NCBI GenBank assembly: GCA_951406725.2
Contig: OX597821.1
Location: 70,618,001 to 70,682,000 of the forward strand
DNA length: 64,000 bases
Origin: Octopus vulgaris
Taxonomy: Eukaryota
Direction: 5' to 3'
In this document: positions 1 to 14,224 of the stretch, one piece after another
Numbering within the stretch: the stretch's first letter is position 1
How the letters are laid out: each line of letters starts with the position of its first letter
Notes under the pieces: generated by a model
Databases searched by the model: none
What the model saw: only the letters and a program-made list of their open reading frames with translations
Told to the model about the DNA's origin: nothing
Made by a program: the position numbers and the translations under genes

Positions 1-53
1 CAAATTTTTGCTGAACCCTAATTATAATTATACTCGTAATTATAAAATATTGT

Positions 54-206
54 TATATATATATGTGTGTGTGTGTATATATATATGTATGTATGTATAT
101 ATATATATATATGTATGTATATATAAGTATATATATGTGTATATATATATATACATACATACATACATACATACATACATACATACATACATACATACAT
201 ACATAC
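54..206. repeat. Compound (TA)n/(TG)n/(TACA)n microsatellite, representative of dozens of similar tracts across the window
   Basis: Read directly. Such tracts generate the [12 protein letters not shown] ORFs in the track. Confidence 0.95.
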
Positions 207-950
207 TTATGGTGAAAAGATGCTAGCGAATGCGGAGAATAGATAAGCACCGAATTAGAGCTCGGAGTGACGACATTTAAAAACATCCAACTCCTTAACC
301 AGGACAAAATAGTCCGGCAAAAGAAGAAATGCAAAACGTGAACGAGTAATGAAAGGACAAAAGATAAACAATCAATTATTGATAGCAGAAATTCATTTAT
401 GAATTATGTTTTACAGGTTCAAAGTAGTTTTATACACAATTATGCTTGAACGTAGGTCGTCGAGAATTTTCTCTGTCTCATCGTTTTTGTTATAGGTGTT
501 GATGCTGTTTCTTCTTTTCGATCATATACTTGTCTTTACTCGAGTTTGTTGTTCTTCTTGTTGTCCTTCCTATCGCAGCTGCCAAATATTCTCTTTGATT
601 CATCGAAAGATTTCATAACACAAGAGCAATCATCTGATCTCCTTCCTCAAAGCGTACTTTTCACACCAAAACCACAACCACAACCACCAATAATCCCGAC
701 AAATCCCTGTATTAATCCCTTAACCACATTCGTTCACATAACACTAACCCAAGAACCGAAACGCCACACAGTGGAATGGAACCCCGAAACTGCATCATTG
801 CAAAGCGAGCTTCAATTTGAAACAGAAAACAGAAACGGGCCTCCGTCACTAGCAAACCTCAAACTATGTAAGGGGACTTGAGCCAGATGAATGCGATTGA
901 ATTCAGTCTCATTGGGACAGCGATCAGTGACTGACAAATTATCTTGATGT

Positions 951-1275
951 GTGACTGTGTGGCAAGCAGTTTGCTTCCCAACCACATATGGGTCCGAGTT
1001 CAGTCCCACTGCGTGGCACCTTGGGCAAATGCCTTCTACTATAGCCTCGGGCCGACCAAATTCTTATGAGTGCATTTGGTATACGGAAACTGAAAGAAGC
1101 CTGTCGTATATATGTATGAGTATGTGAATATATGTATGTGTGCGTGTGCGTGTGTGTTTTTGTACCTCTGTCGCCCGCAAACACTTGGCAATCTTAAAAG
1201 AATAAGAACGAAGAGCGATTCATTCGACTAAAATTCCTTCCAGGCAGTGCCCCAGCATGATCGCTGTAAAATGAT
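951..1275 (+). mobile_element. tRNA-derived SINE, family A (CORE-like segment), degenerate
   Basis: B-box-like GAGTTCAGTCCC, CORE-like GGCACCTTGGGCAAATG and tail GCAGTGCCCCAGCATG. Homologous to 38723-39090. Confidence 0.85.
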
Positions 1276-1781
1276 AGCGTTCTCTACCGTCCAGCACCCA
1301 GGTCCGCCTGCATCTGCCATGTTCTCTCGGTTGCTAAAACAGGGTTTTTTTTTTGTAATAAGCAAGATGAGAAGACGTTGCAAAACTCTCGCTCAACCCT
1401 TCCGGTTGCATTTGAGCAATGGAACAACGTGTCGTTGTTCTCCATTCGACCACATCGTCTCCCTCTAATTTGATTTCTTGCTTTCGATTTTCCTCTGAAC
1501 GATCGCAAAGTAAAAGGCTCTCTCACTAGTGCATCGATAATCAGCAGAAAACTATTGAAAAAAAACATTCTGCTACGTGTTTATCCTATACAATGCGTAT
1601 GTATATACATACATATATTTACATACATACATATATTTACATACACGAGTGCGCAAGTATATACGCACACTGCACACACATATACATGTGTATGTATATA
1701 TGTATATGAATATATGTGACCTATGAAGACTACCTGCAATATTTTTCCCTCTGTCCTCCCGCCTATCTTTATTTCTCCTAT

Positions 1782-1816
1782 GTTTCCGACGAAGAGCTCC
1801 GCTCGAAACGTCATAC
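1782..1816 (+). ncRNA. Minimal type I hammerhead ribozyme-like motif (family H1) in a short non-autonomous PLE-like element (about 1715-1910)
   Basis: GUUU-CCGACGA-A-GAGC(UCC)GCUC-GAAA-CG-UC-AUAC, with imperfect stem I. The downstream ~100 bp is homologous to 46371-46490. Confidence 0.55.
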
Positions 1817-1906
1817 CCTCCTTCTTCCCTTCCTTCCTGAGCGTCCAATAATACTTTATTTGTTCCACATCCTCGCGTTGTTGTCTTTTTGTTTTCTTTT
1901 TTGGAT

Positions 1907-1952
<46 letters not shown>

Positions 1953-1953
<1 letters not shown>

Positions 1954-2317
1954 TAGCAGTATCGCCCGGCGTTGCTCAGGTTTGTAAGGGAAATAACTAT
2001 AAAGCATTTTTTCTATAGCCAAAAACTAGTCAAAAAAATAGAAAAAAAATGATGGTAAACTTTTTTTTGAGAGTAAAAAAGGTTGAGTTGCGTCCCCTAG
2101 ACAGTCTGTGGTTTATTTTTTTTGATTCTCGACCCCATGTCGAATTTATCGATTTTTTTCAGAACTGGGGGAACTTTTCAAAATTTTCCACTGCGTTAGT
2201 TTTGAATTATGACATTGGGCTATGTGTGTGTCAAGTTTCATCAGAATCGGTTGAAAGCCGTGTCAGAGTGAGGGTACATTTAACAGACACACAGAAACAC
2301 GCACAGACAAACTGCCG

Positions 2318-2320
<3 letters not shown>
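1953..2320 (-). mobile_element. Non-autonomous Helitron-like element inserted in (TA)n
   Basis: On the minus strand it ends with an imperfect GC hairpin (plus-strand CCCGGCGTTGCTCAGG, 1965-1980) followed by CTAG (1953-1956). It has CTGT-type repeats near its 5' end and a TCAACCGATTCTGATGAAACTT motif related to 40620-40642. Confidence 0.75.
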
Positions 2321-2355
<35 letters not shown>

Positions 2356-3090
2356 ATATATATATATATATGTATATATATGTATAGTTAGATAGATATG
2401 TATGTATGTATGTATTAAAGGTACATGCGTAAACAAAAAATTCCACAAGAAATAATGGAGATCGACCACCACTCACAATAATCGAACAAAGAATGGCATG
2501 TTTCGTAACAAATGAGTTACTATTTACATTTAAAATTTATATTGTTTATACGAAAAATTCTGTTGGCGTAAGCGCACGCTCAAACACACACACAAACATA
2601 CACAGCGCATTACACGTATATATATATATATATATATATATGCATGTGTGTATACATACATATATACATACACACACACACGGAAACATACATACATATG
2701 TGTGTGTGCGTGTGTGTATACATACATACACACACACATATATATATGTACATATACATAGAATGTATATGCTTGCAATGAAGGTACGTATATATACTCA
2801 TATGTATACATGTTGTTTGCATGCAACGCACATCCAAGTGTGTGTGTGTGTGTGTGTGTGTGTAAACATTAAAAGTTCACTGTGTAGATTTTTCCAATGT
2901 ATGTATTTGCCGATGAAGATTAACACCATTTTCAATACTTATATTCCATCAACGTCGCTAAAACAATCGCCATTTTCCTTTTTTCTCTATTTTCATTTCG
3001 TTTTTATCAAATTCTCAAGAACAGTTTTATTTTATTGGTTTGCCGATAATTCCAGAGGACATTTCCATATGACTATTGCAACGCACATTC

Positions 3091-3163
<73 letters not shown>

Positions 3164-3241
3164 GAACATACACATATTTATATAATTATCTATGTATAAG
3201 TACATAAACACACATATTTTTTAAGCACATATAAATAAGTA

Positions 3242-3290
<49 letters not shown>

Positions 3291-3538
3291 TCATGTATGA
3301 ATTTGTGTGCGTATAAACATAAAGTGTTTCGTTAAATGCGCTAAATTTGTTGTCCTCTAATTTGTTTATATATATTCTGTATCTGCAATTTTACGTCTAT
3401 TTCGTATTTATATATATTATACACACACACACACATATATATATATATACTATACACATATATATATTATGTGTATTATATATATATATCTGTGTATTTA
3501 TATATATATGTATGTATGTAAATATATATATATGTATG

Positions 3539-3601
<63 letters not shown>

Positions 3602-4371
3602 CACACACACGCAGACACACACGTGTGTAGATGCCTTTTATACATATTTTATCGTTCTTTGTTTTTTAGACGCTCGGTGAGAGGCAGGTTGTTTGGTTTA
3701 AAACTTTTCTTTTAATTTATTTCTTGATTTTTGTTTGTAAACGTATTTGCAGAAAGAAAAACTGTATAAACAGCAGCAGCCGTCACTCCAACACCGCCGA
3801 TTCAGACATTTATATATGCATGTGTTTGTGCGTGTGAGTGAGCGTGTGTGTGCCTGTATGTGTGGATATACAGATGTAGGAGTGTATGTGCTTATATGCA
3901 TAACTATATATGTATATATATATATATGCATGGGTGTATGTATATATATATATATATGTAAAATATAACAAGATCAAAATTTCCCTTTCCCTTTCTAATG
4001 TCCCTCTCATTTTTCTGTATCTATCTGTCTCCTCATTCTCTCTCCCCTTCTCTCTCTCTCTCTCTCCCCCTCTCTCTCTCTCTCTCTCCCTCTCGTACAT
4101 CATTAAAGTTCTGCGCGTGCTTAGGGTTTCCCAACTTTTGTTTCTTTAACGGTTGAGAGGAGGGAGAGACACGATAAGAGTTTTAAAAAAATGGCGGTTC
4201 TATTAAATTACGCCATTTTATTTCCTCCAGTATAAGGTTCACATTTTCGCACAGTTTTTAATAGTCTTCAAACATTAATCGCTTATATGCAGACACGTCG
4301 AACAACCATCGTTTTCTATCGGTCTACAACATCACTTTAACAATCTTGATACTTACATACATACAGCCAAT

Positions 4372-4372
4372 A

Positions 4373-4466
<94 letters not shown>

Positions 4467-4486
4467 ACTACCTACCTATCTATCTA

Positions 4487-4557
<71 letters not shown>

Positions 4558-4620
4558 ACTATATCTATCTATCTATCTTCTATATATCTATCTATCTATC
4601 TATCTATCAATCTATTTATA
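4372..4620. repeat. (TATC)n tetranucleotide microsatellite
   Basis: Read directly. Confidence 0.95.
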
Positions 4621-4706
4621 TATATATATATATATATCTGTTTATCTAGCAAGCTATCAATCTTTCTATATAATTATCCATCTATCATTCAATCTATCAA
4701 TATCTC

Positions 4707-4776
<70 letters not shown>

Positions 4777-4947
4777 CATGTTTTTTGTTTTGTGTGCATA
4801 TCTGTGTATCTACGCATGAACATATGTAAATATATATATACAAATGTATATGTATGTAAATATATAAATATATATAAATATACACACACAAACACAAACG
4901 CATAAATACATATATAAGTGTATGTGTGCGTGTGTTTATGCTTTTGT

Positions 4948-5023
<76 letters not shown>

Positions 5024-5343
5024 TGAAATGCTAAAAAAACTAGATTCGATCATGTTTGTCGCTGAAACAAACCGAATGTAATTACAAATAAAACTTTTTT
5101 CAAAATGAATCAACAATGAAACAACACCAACCAGCAACTTCTCGGCGAAAACATACACAAAAATGCCTTTTTTTCCTTTTTACCTTTTACCTTTATTTTT
5201 CCCCTCATTTCTTGTGGCGGCTGAATATTTTTTAACGGGCGGAAACTGTCGACGTGCTTTTGGTTTTTAAACAACTGTTTCTCGTCTGATAGGTTTTCCT
5301 CATCCATTTTCAATATGCACATACATACATATACACATGCACA

Positions 5344-5419
<76 letters not shown>

Positions 5420-5480
5420 CATACATATACACATGCATAAACATATACATACATATATACATATATATGCACACATACAC

Positions 5481-5536
<56 letters not shown>

Positions 5537-5823
5537 CGTTTAATAAAATCTATTACCTCAGTAGATCATTGCTACATTCAATTTTGATTGACTCAGACAG
5601 GTTTTTTGACTTCTTTATTGCTATTTTTGCTTTCATTTCGGGGGCGGGGAGGGCAGGGTGTGAATTTATGCAAAGTGTTGCTTTTTCGAATTGTTGCTTT
5701 GCAATTCATACTAATATGTGTATACACACAAATGTATATTTATGTATGCGTATAAACATGTATATATGCATGTACATCTATATATATATACATACACAAA
5801 TATATACATACATACATATCTAC

Positions 5824-5875
<52 letters not shown>

Positions 5876-6846
5876 ATGTATATATATGCATATATATATA
5901 TATATACATATATATGCATGTCTGAGTACATATATATACGGTGATGTTATACATGATTTGCCTTCATTCTGTTGCTTTTTCCTCTCTGTTTCACTTTTTG
6001 TTTTGTTTTTTTTCATTCTTTTCTTATTCTTTTTTATTCTTTTGTATTATTTACTTTACAGATTTCTCTGAAATCTCCAAGACCTCTGACAGTCTTCCGT
6101 TTCTGTGTTTTTTAACATTTTGCACCGTTTCTTTGGTTCTTACCAAATTGATACAATCGTGTTTCGAAGAAAATGGATGGCAGTGCGAGAGAGAATGATA
6201 GACTTCATACTACACACATACATACACACGGATATACACACGCTCACTCGCTCAAACACACACACATATCTTTTGAGGGAGATTTCGCTGTTATTTTTAA
6301 GTGGTTGATAATACCTAACTTCTCCGTATGTTGTTTTTGTTGTTATTTAATCCCAAATTAACGACATCGGAACCATAATCCAAGAGACTCCAGTTGTGAC
6401 CTTCCAGCCTTACGCTTTGACACAGTGTATCCATCATCATATTGTCCAATGCATCATTTTCTAAGCATTTAATTTAATTAGAGGATATGCTAACCTCTTG
6501 AAGAGATGGTGGCGTCCAAGGAAATTGTGGTTCAATACCTAGTATTGTTGGGGAATGAAATTCCTTTAAAACAAGAGGTATATATTAAGCATTTACTTTA
6601 TATCCAGTTAAAAGAAGAAAAAAGAAATGAACTGATACTTACACATATAATATCTCAAGGTACATCTTTTTTTGTCTCTCTGATGAGATTATGCTCACGT
6701 CACATGAAACCAAATTTAATGTGCAAATTTGTAATTTAACTATTGAGTATTAATTGAAACGGCTGTAAGAAGATGACCAATTTGTTAATGATAAATAATT
6801 GTTAACTTCCTTATCGCCATTTCCTTCTCTTCTTTAACGATATATA

Positions 6847-7462
6847 TTGGGTTGGCAACTAAATTCCCGCTGTTTTTTTAAAATTTTGGAATTTATTGTG
6901 TTTTTAAATTTTAGAATCTATTTTTTTTCGAGAATTCTATTTTTGAAAGGACCTCTTATGATTGGTATGCCAAGTTCAAAATGAAAATTTTGACCTCAAA
7001 GACGCACCTCGTTCTGGTCGTCCAGTTGAGTTCGATGAAGAGCGATTAAACCAATTTTTGCACGAGAATTCTTGTCAGACGACAAGGGAACCGCACCCCC
7101 GCATATCACCAATACGACCAAGGAGGCCATTCAAACGCATGGCTGGTAAATGCTGCCACACCCACCGTGCTCTTCTGACTTGGCACCATCGGATTTCCAC
7201 CTCTTTCGATCTCTTTCAAATGCTATGCGCGGAGTTTCGTTCAATACTGATACAGCATTGAGATCTTGGTTGGATCAATTATTCGAGTCGAAATCGGGTG
7301 ATTTCTAACAAGAAGGTATTGAAAATCTTGTTGAACGTTGGGAAGAAGTTGTAAACAACAAGGGTGAATACATTATTGAATAATTAGTTGTTATTTTTTA
7401 TTAAACCTTTTATGATATTTACATTTAAAAAAAAAACGGTGGGAACTTAGTTGCGAACCCAA
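6847..7462 (+). mobile_element. Internally deleted mariner transposon with intact TIRs
   Basis: Left TIR TTGGGTTGGCAACTAAATTCCCGCTGTTTTTT; right TIR (revcomp) TTGGGTTCGCAACTAAGTTCCCACCGTTTTTT; TA on both flanks. Peptide remnants FDLKDAPRSGRP and HPPCSSDLAPSDFHLFRSL (mariner YSPDLAPSD motif). Confidence 0.92.
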
Positions 7463-7463
7463 T

Positions 7464-7498
<35 letters not shown>

Positions 7499-7544
7499 GA
7501 TAAAGTAAAGCGTTCGATATTGTTAATCGAAATGCTCTGTGTCT

Positions 7545-8100
7545 AATTGTAAGGAAAATAAGTTGCCCAGAAAAATTTGTAAAGATGATAAGGGCTTTGC
7601 ATCAAGATATGAAAGCTAGAATCAATTTCAAGGAGACCTTGATACACCCATTTTCTTTTCAATATACTTTGATGTTGGTGCTGTTACATGCTTTTCAAAA
7701 CTCCGAGTCTCAGCTAGTGATGATTTTGGCTTGACCATCAACTAGAATAACAGTTGTAATGTATCAAGCTGCAATGTAGTGCTGTTTGCAACCCCACTAA
7801 AATTTTCGTTTAGAGTATGTTATTTGAGGCTGTTATTAAACCTTTTATAATTTGTACTAAATGATGGAAACCTGAACACAGAAATACATCTGCGAATCCA
7901 AAGGACAGCACAAGCATTTGGTGGTTTGCAGTCAAGCATTTGGCGCCAACGACATATGAATGACAACACAAAATTGGCTCTTTACAAATTGTTTGTCTTA
8001 CCATTCCTGTTGTATTCTTCTGAAACAATGGACGTGCTATGAAAGACATTTCAAATTATTAGAATGAAAGGCCAGGATGACGACACATGCAAGACTCAAG
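7545..8100 (+). mobile_element. Degenerate RTE-clade LINE reverse transcriptase fragment
   Basis: Broken frames give RALHQDMKARINF, DDFGLTIN and WRQRHMNDNTKLALYKLFVLPFLLYSSET, resembling RTE/BovB RT and thumb motifs. Confidence 0.7.
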
Positions 8101-8109
8101 AATGATTTA

Positions 8110-9690
8110 AAGAAGAATACTGCGATCGAGAAGGTGAATGTTGCGATCGAAAAGAACGTAGTGCTAGCAATAAATGATATAGATGCAAACTCAACTGATG
8201 GATTCCCAGCAATCCTACGCAAGTCATACAAACGAGTTCACGCAAAAGCATTGCGGCTACTTTTCCAGAGCTTCCTCTCTAATGGTAAGCTCCCGGGCAA
8301 ACTAAAGGAGGGGAAATATGCCCTATCTATAAAGGAGGAAGCAGAGCAGATACTAAAAACTATAGGCCTATCTCTCTGACCACATAATCAGCACAAGCAT
8401 TTGGTGGTTTGCAGTCCGAAGGAAATTAATTGCCTTCCTTGAAGGGAATGATTTGCTGACTGACATCCAACATGGTTTTCGACCAGGGAGAAGCTAACTG
8501 ACACAGCTCTTGCAACATTACGACTGGGTGCTAAAGCAGCTGCTACACAACTCAAATGTGGACGTGATATATCTCGACTTTGAAAAAGCTTTTGATAAAG
8601 TCGACCATGGTATGATTTGTCACAAGCTGCGAAATTTTGGCATTGTTGGAAAAGATAGAAGACTGGTAGTGGTGGTCAATGGGGCCACGTCCGAGAAACT
8701 CAAATAATGAGTAGTGTTCCACAGGGCACCGTGTTGGCCCCCTGCTATTCATAGTGGCCCTCAAGTTACTACCCTTGCCAGCTATGCAGACGATACAAAA
8801 GTCTCTAAAATGATACAAAACGCTGGAGACGTTGTGCATCTGTAACGTGAGTTGGACGCAATTTACAGATGGGCTGCGGAAAATAACTTGCAGTTTAATG
8901 CTGGAAAATTCCAAGCTTTGCGCTACCAACACAAGAAGCTCAATGAAAAGTAGATAGGATACACTGTCCCAGGAGGAATTCCAATCCCCCAATCAGAATC
9001 AGTGCATGACCTGGGCATCGACATGAGTAATGATGCATCCTTCCAGCTGCACATTACCAAGTTGGCAATAAAATGCAGACGTCTGGCCGTATGGATCCTT
9101 CGAACATTCAAAACAGGAGAAAAGGAACCATGATGGTCCTCTGGAGGACTTTCGTTCTCAGACGTCTGTGGTCACCAAACAGTGTAAAATTAACAACGGA
9201 ACTCGAGGCGATTCAGCGAAGCTACACAAGGAAGATAAATGCAACGAAACAGCAGCTACCGGGAGAGAGTGAAAGAGTTAAGACTGTATATAGTAAAGCG
9301 AAGGCGGGGAAGATATGCAGTAATATACACCAGGAAAATCCTAGAAAATCCTGTGCCAAACTTTGCCATTGTCAGCTACACAAACAGCAGTACAGGGGTG
9401 CCACTGCATAGTACCAATGGTCCTAACATTGCCTTCAGGATGCAGGACCAGATACTGCAACAACCTGGGCTTCAAAGGCCCACAGCTCTTCAATATTCCC
9501 CCACAAAGCCGAGAGACTGCATGGCGTGAATGTAGGCTTTTTCAAGACAAAACTAGTACTCCTTCTGTTAAGAGTTCCGCATAAACCTATCTCTAGGCAA
9601 GAAACACAGATGAGGGCAGCATCCACGAAATATCACATATCAGAGGAGGCTTAATGAAAGTGTAGCAAAGTAGACGGCGATGCCGTATAA
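8110..9690 (+). mobile_element. 5'-truncated, frameshifted CR1-like LINE (RT pseudogene), copy 1
   Basis: Motifs KNYRPISL, QHGFRPGRS, VIYLDFEKAFDKVDHG, YADDTKV and ELEAIQRSYTRKI over several frames. Collinear with the inverted copy at 10032-11645. Confidence 0.92.
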
Positions 9691-10031
9691 GGACTGTTTA
9701 AGGTTCAGATCTGGGATATTGAACAAATGTAGACAACATCTAACACCATGTGAAAACGCAAGCTTACAGGATTGAGTGGGTTTATACACCGAAACACTTC
9801 ATGGAAATAAGCACACATACACTTAATATGTTAAAGCTTGCAATATTTAACAAAATTTCAAAATTGAAAAGGAGTTGATTTTACAGAAACAAAGTGTTAC
9901 ATCACCACTTTGCACTATATTCTACGCATACATACAACTGGAATTTCAAACTGCTAAAACCGCATTCTGTAACATACAAAGATAACTTATTTTATTTATT
10001 TATTTATTTATTTTTATCTTATTTTATTTTA

Positions 10032-11645
10032 TCTAGTTTCAGCTCACGAGATGTGGCCATGCTGGGGCACTGCCATTCGGTGTTGCTACATGATTTTACT
10101 TCACGAATGCTTTTTAGCAATTTTCATTTGGTGCATGAGAGAGTTCGATGCAGCTGCCCTCATCTGCACCTCCTGTCGTGAAGTTGGTTCATCTGAGACA
10201 CCTGACAGGAAGAGATCCAGTTTTATTTTAAAGACATCTGCATCCACTTCATGCAGGTCTCTCAGGTTCTTCGGGAGGATATTGAAGAGCTGTGGACCTC
10301 TGAAGCCCAGGCTATCACATTATCTTGTCCTACATCTTGGTGGCAAATTTGGAGTCCTTGGCACTATGCAGTGGCGCCCAGTTCTAGTATTTGTGTAACT
10401 CTCGATGCCAAAGTTTGGGACAAGTCCTTCCAGGATCTTCCAGATGAATATTATGGCATATCTTTCTCGCCTACGATCCGCTCTAAGGAATAGAGTCTTA
10501 ATCTCTTTAGTCTTTCCCAATAGCTTATATGCCGCACAGAGGCTATCTTCTTCGTGTAGCTTCGTTGAATCGCCTCAGGTTCTGTGATTAACTTGACACT
10601 GGATGGTGACCATAGCTGAGAGCAATAGTCAAAGTGGCTTAGGACAAGTGTCCTCTAGAGGACCATTATGGTTTCCTGGTCTCTTGTTCTAAAGGTTCTA
10701 AGAATCCATCCGGTCAGCCGTCTACATTTCATTGCCAATTTAGCAACATGCACATGAAAGGTTGCATCATTACTCATGTAAATACCCAGGTCTCGCACTG
10801 ATTGTGCCTCTGGGATTGCAATCCCTCCATGTCCAGTGTATTTATTGGGTATTGCATTTAGTTTTGCATGCTGATAGCATGAAGCTTGAAACTTTTCAGC
10901 ATTGAACTGCATGCTATTCTTTTTAGCCCACTTGTTTATTTTGTCCAGCTCACATTGCAGATGCATAGTGTCATCAGGGTTCTGTATTGCCAGTGAAACT
11001 TTTGTATCATCTGCATAACTTGTGATCGTGGCTCTCTGCGTGGATGAGGGTATGTCTGAGAGGGCCATTATGAATAGCTGTGGTCCCAAAACATTGCCTT
11101 GCGGAACACCACTCACTATTTGCGTGTTAATGGAGGTGGCCCCATTAGCTACTACCACCTGTCTTCTATCCTTCAGAAAGTCATGAAGCCATTCTCCCAA
11201 TTTTCCAACTATGCCAAGATCACGCAGTTTGTGACGTATCATTCCATGATCGACTTTATCAAAGGCCTTTGCAAAGTCGAGATATATGACTTCCACATTT
11301 GAGTGGTTGAGCAGCCGTTTCATCACCCAGTCATAGTGTTGTAGGAGCTGAGTTAGGCAGCTCCTTCCTGGTCGGAAACCATATTGGGAGTCAGACAGCA
11401 AGTTATTTTCTTCAAGGAAGGCGATTAGTTTCCTTCTGACTATTCGTTCCCTGACCTTGCTGATGTGTGAGGTCAGAGAGATAGGTCTGTAGTTCTTGGC
11501 CTCCGCTCTGCTACCTCCTTTATGAATAGGGCATATTTTACCTTCCTTCGGTTTTCTTGGAAGTTTGTCAGTTGCAAGGAAGCTCTGAAAGAGGAACTGC
11601 AGTGGTCTTGCTAGGACTCTCTTACATACTTTTAGGAGGATTTCG
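10032..11645 (-). mobile_element. 5'-truncated CR1-like LINE, copy 2, with 3' UTR stem-loop and (TAAA)n-like tail
   Basis: RT ORF plus downstream remnants (LYSLERRRERY-like, IWKILEGLVPNFG). The 3' end reads GGCAGTGCCCCAGCATGGCCACATCTCGTGAGCTGAAACTAG, followed by an A-rich tail to about 9987. Confidence 0.93.
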
Positions 11646-11707
11646 TTGATATAAATAGTTTTTTTTTCTTTTGCTAAAGTCGTAAAATTGTTGTAGAAGA
11701 GCAACAA
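10655..11707 (-). pseudogene. LINE ORF2 reverse transcriptase domain (350-aa open stretch, premature stop, no endonuclease; first ~20 codons are flanking DNA)
   Basis: KGGSRAEAKNYRPISLTS, QYGFRPGRSCLTQL, YLDFAKAFDKVDH, SGVPQGNVLGP, YADDTK and VRDLGI are the canonical non-LTR RT motifs. Confidence 0.93.
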
Positions 11708-11797
11708 TTAATTATTCCACTGTATTACGTGTATTGAGTACTTTTGTTGTATTCATAGTAACTCAATAGCATTAAATAATTATTACACATGACTTAA

Positions 11798-11861
<64 letters not shown>

Positions 11862-13584
11862 TTAATAAAATCGATAAAATAGAGTACAGTGAACTTGCCG
11901 TGAGGAGTGGGGAAACCCACCGTTTAGGGCATAGTTCTTTTTCAAGGAAAAATGAGATGCTGTAGAGTTTTACATCCTTTGAATTGGTAAAAAAAAACCT
12001 CGCTTGTGGAGTCACTCGTCGCATCGACAAATTATGTTTTAGCAAGATAGAACTGCACAGTTCAAAAACTTGAAACCAGTTAGCTGAACAATCCGTACGA
12101 TGAATATTCTGATAGTTGGTATGATTTGTGCAGAGCCAGCCGCACCCTCACGTCGTTCCACTTCGTACTGACCTTGCCCAACAAGTACCAGAAGCCCAGT
12201 TATCAGGCAGCATCGTTTATGTGAACTTACCTTCTCTTACGCAAGCAGGTGAAGTGCTGACGGACTTCCTCTGGGTAGGGCTGAAAACCTCATTCGATAC
12301 TGGTGCACAACGAGTTCAGGAGCAGCAGGGTTTTGAGGAGTGTGGGGCCATATCTTGGCCAATATTGTTCTCAGGTCTACTCTGACCTGGAGTAGTAGCA
12401 TTGGTCAAGCTCCTAGCTATGCCCAGAGGAAAAGGCCACGTGTGTGCGTGTGGGTGGGTGTGAGTGTGTGTCTGTGTGTGTATGTACGGTGTATGTGTAT
12501 CTATGTATGTAAGCGTAAACATATATATATATATACATGCAGACGTATATATACACCCACGTTTCATACATGAATACATCATAAATGATGCATGGAAACA
12601 TACACACGTGCATACACAGGTACATACACAGGTACATACACGCATGCATAAATGCATACATGCGTACATATTTATATAGTTTATTCAATTATTTTTCGAC
12701 AGAATCGAGTTTCATGCCACCCAGATTAATCAATATTGTTAAAAGATACACAGATCTTCGGACAATATTTTACCTCTGTGTGTGTATGCGTGTGTGTGTG
12801 TGTATGTGTGTATGTATGTATGTGTGTGTATGTGTGTGTGTGTTTGTGTACGTGTGTGAATGGCCTACTACTTGTGCATGCAATGTGTGTGTGTGACATT
12901 GAGAATTTGTGCAGTGTGTGCGTGTGGATGCGCGTATGGTTGTGTGAGGTGAGTGTAAATAGAAGAGTATGAGAGCAAAGTACCTCTGTCTATGTTTCTT
13001 CCTCTGTTCCATCAAGTTAGGATTGTGTGTGTGTCTGTATGTGTGTACTCGTGCGTACGAATGTAAATCTGTGTTATTGTACGTGTTTATGTGTGTGTGT
13101 GTGTGTGTTGTGTGTGTGCACAAGCCAGTGAACTAACAAGCAACTTTAGTTTGCTAAGTCAAATAACTAATATTTACCGACAGTGTATTTAACTTGCTAA
13201 TTGCCTTGTACAAACGGCTCTTCGCTCATAAAGGATCAGAATTGACAGAAGACAATCAATATGCAGTTTAATTAAAGACAGGAATTAACAATAGCACTGA
13301 TTAATTATCGGTAGCCTGGGCAAATTTAAGTAAATAGAATTTACCACTTAAAAGCATATATATTATGACCCTCCGTTTTGTATTGGTGTTTAGCACCATC
13401 CTCGTTTCTTATCTTTATCTTCATTCATTTAGTCTTAATTTCTATTCAAACAGACAAATATACACACACATTTCTCTTTATCCATCATTCTAGTGATCCA
13501 TTCATCCATTTCTCTCCAACTCTCTGTCTATCCATTCTTCCCACCATCAATCTGTCTATCCAGCCATCTATCCATCTGTCAATC

Positions 13585-13770
13585 CATCTATCAATCCATC
13601 TATTCAGCCATCTATCAATCCACCTATTCAGCCATCTATCAATCCACCTATTCAGCCATCTATTCAGCCATCTATCAATCCATCTATTCAGCCATCTATC
13701 AATCCATCTATTCAGCCATCTATCAATCCACCTATTCAGCCATCTATCAATCCATCTATTCAGCCATATA
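13585..13770. repeat. 24-bp minisatellite (CTATCAATCCAYCTATTCAGCCAT), about 7.5 units
   Basis: Visible periodicity, also seen as HLFSHLSI repeats in ORF 13378..13902. Confidence 0.9.
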
Positions 13771-14224
13771 TTCATATCTCCATCGATCCATATACACATG
13801 TACATAGATAGAAACATCTACGGATGTATGCATGTGTTTAATATATATCCACAAAATGCACTGGTGTACTTCGGTTATCTTCAGCTGTTGCCTGGTCCCT
13901 AAGTAGTCGCTCAAGCTGCTAGAAATAGAAGCCAATACTCATCCAAATCATACCAAACCATGCTGGTTGGAAAAAGAAGGCTAAATTATGTGTGTGCGCG
14001 CGCGAACGCGTGTGTGAAGGTATGCATATATGAATGTTCGATATGGTTTTATATTTCGAATTTCTCACCAATGACAAATGAGTTGGTTTCCGACTTGAAA
14101 CAAGACTTTTTCTTGAGAATTTAGTCATCAGCCAGTTTGGTGTTGTATGTATATATGTATGTAAATATGTATACGAGCATTTACGTAGTATTTGTATGCG
14201 CGTGTATGTACATACAGCTTGGAT

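Noticed and set aside
13585-13770. CRISPR-like array
   Set aside because: Contiguous tandem units without unique spacers, eukaryotic context and no cas genes.
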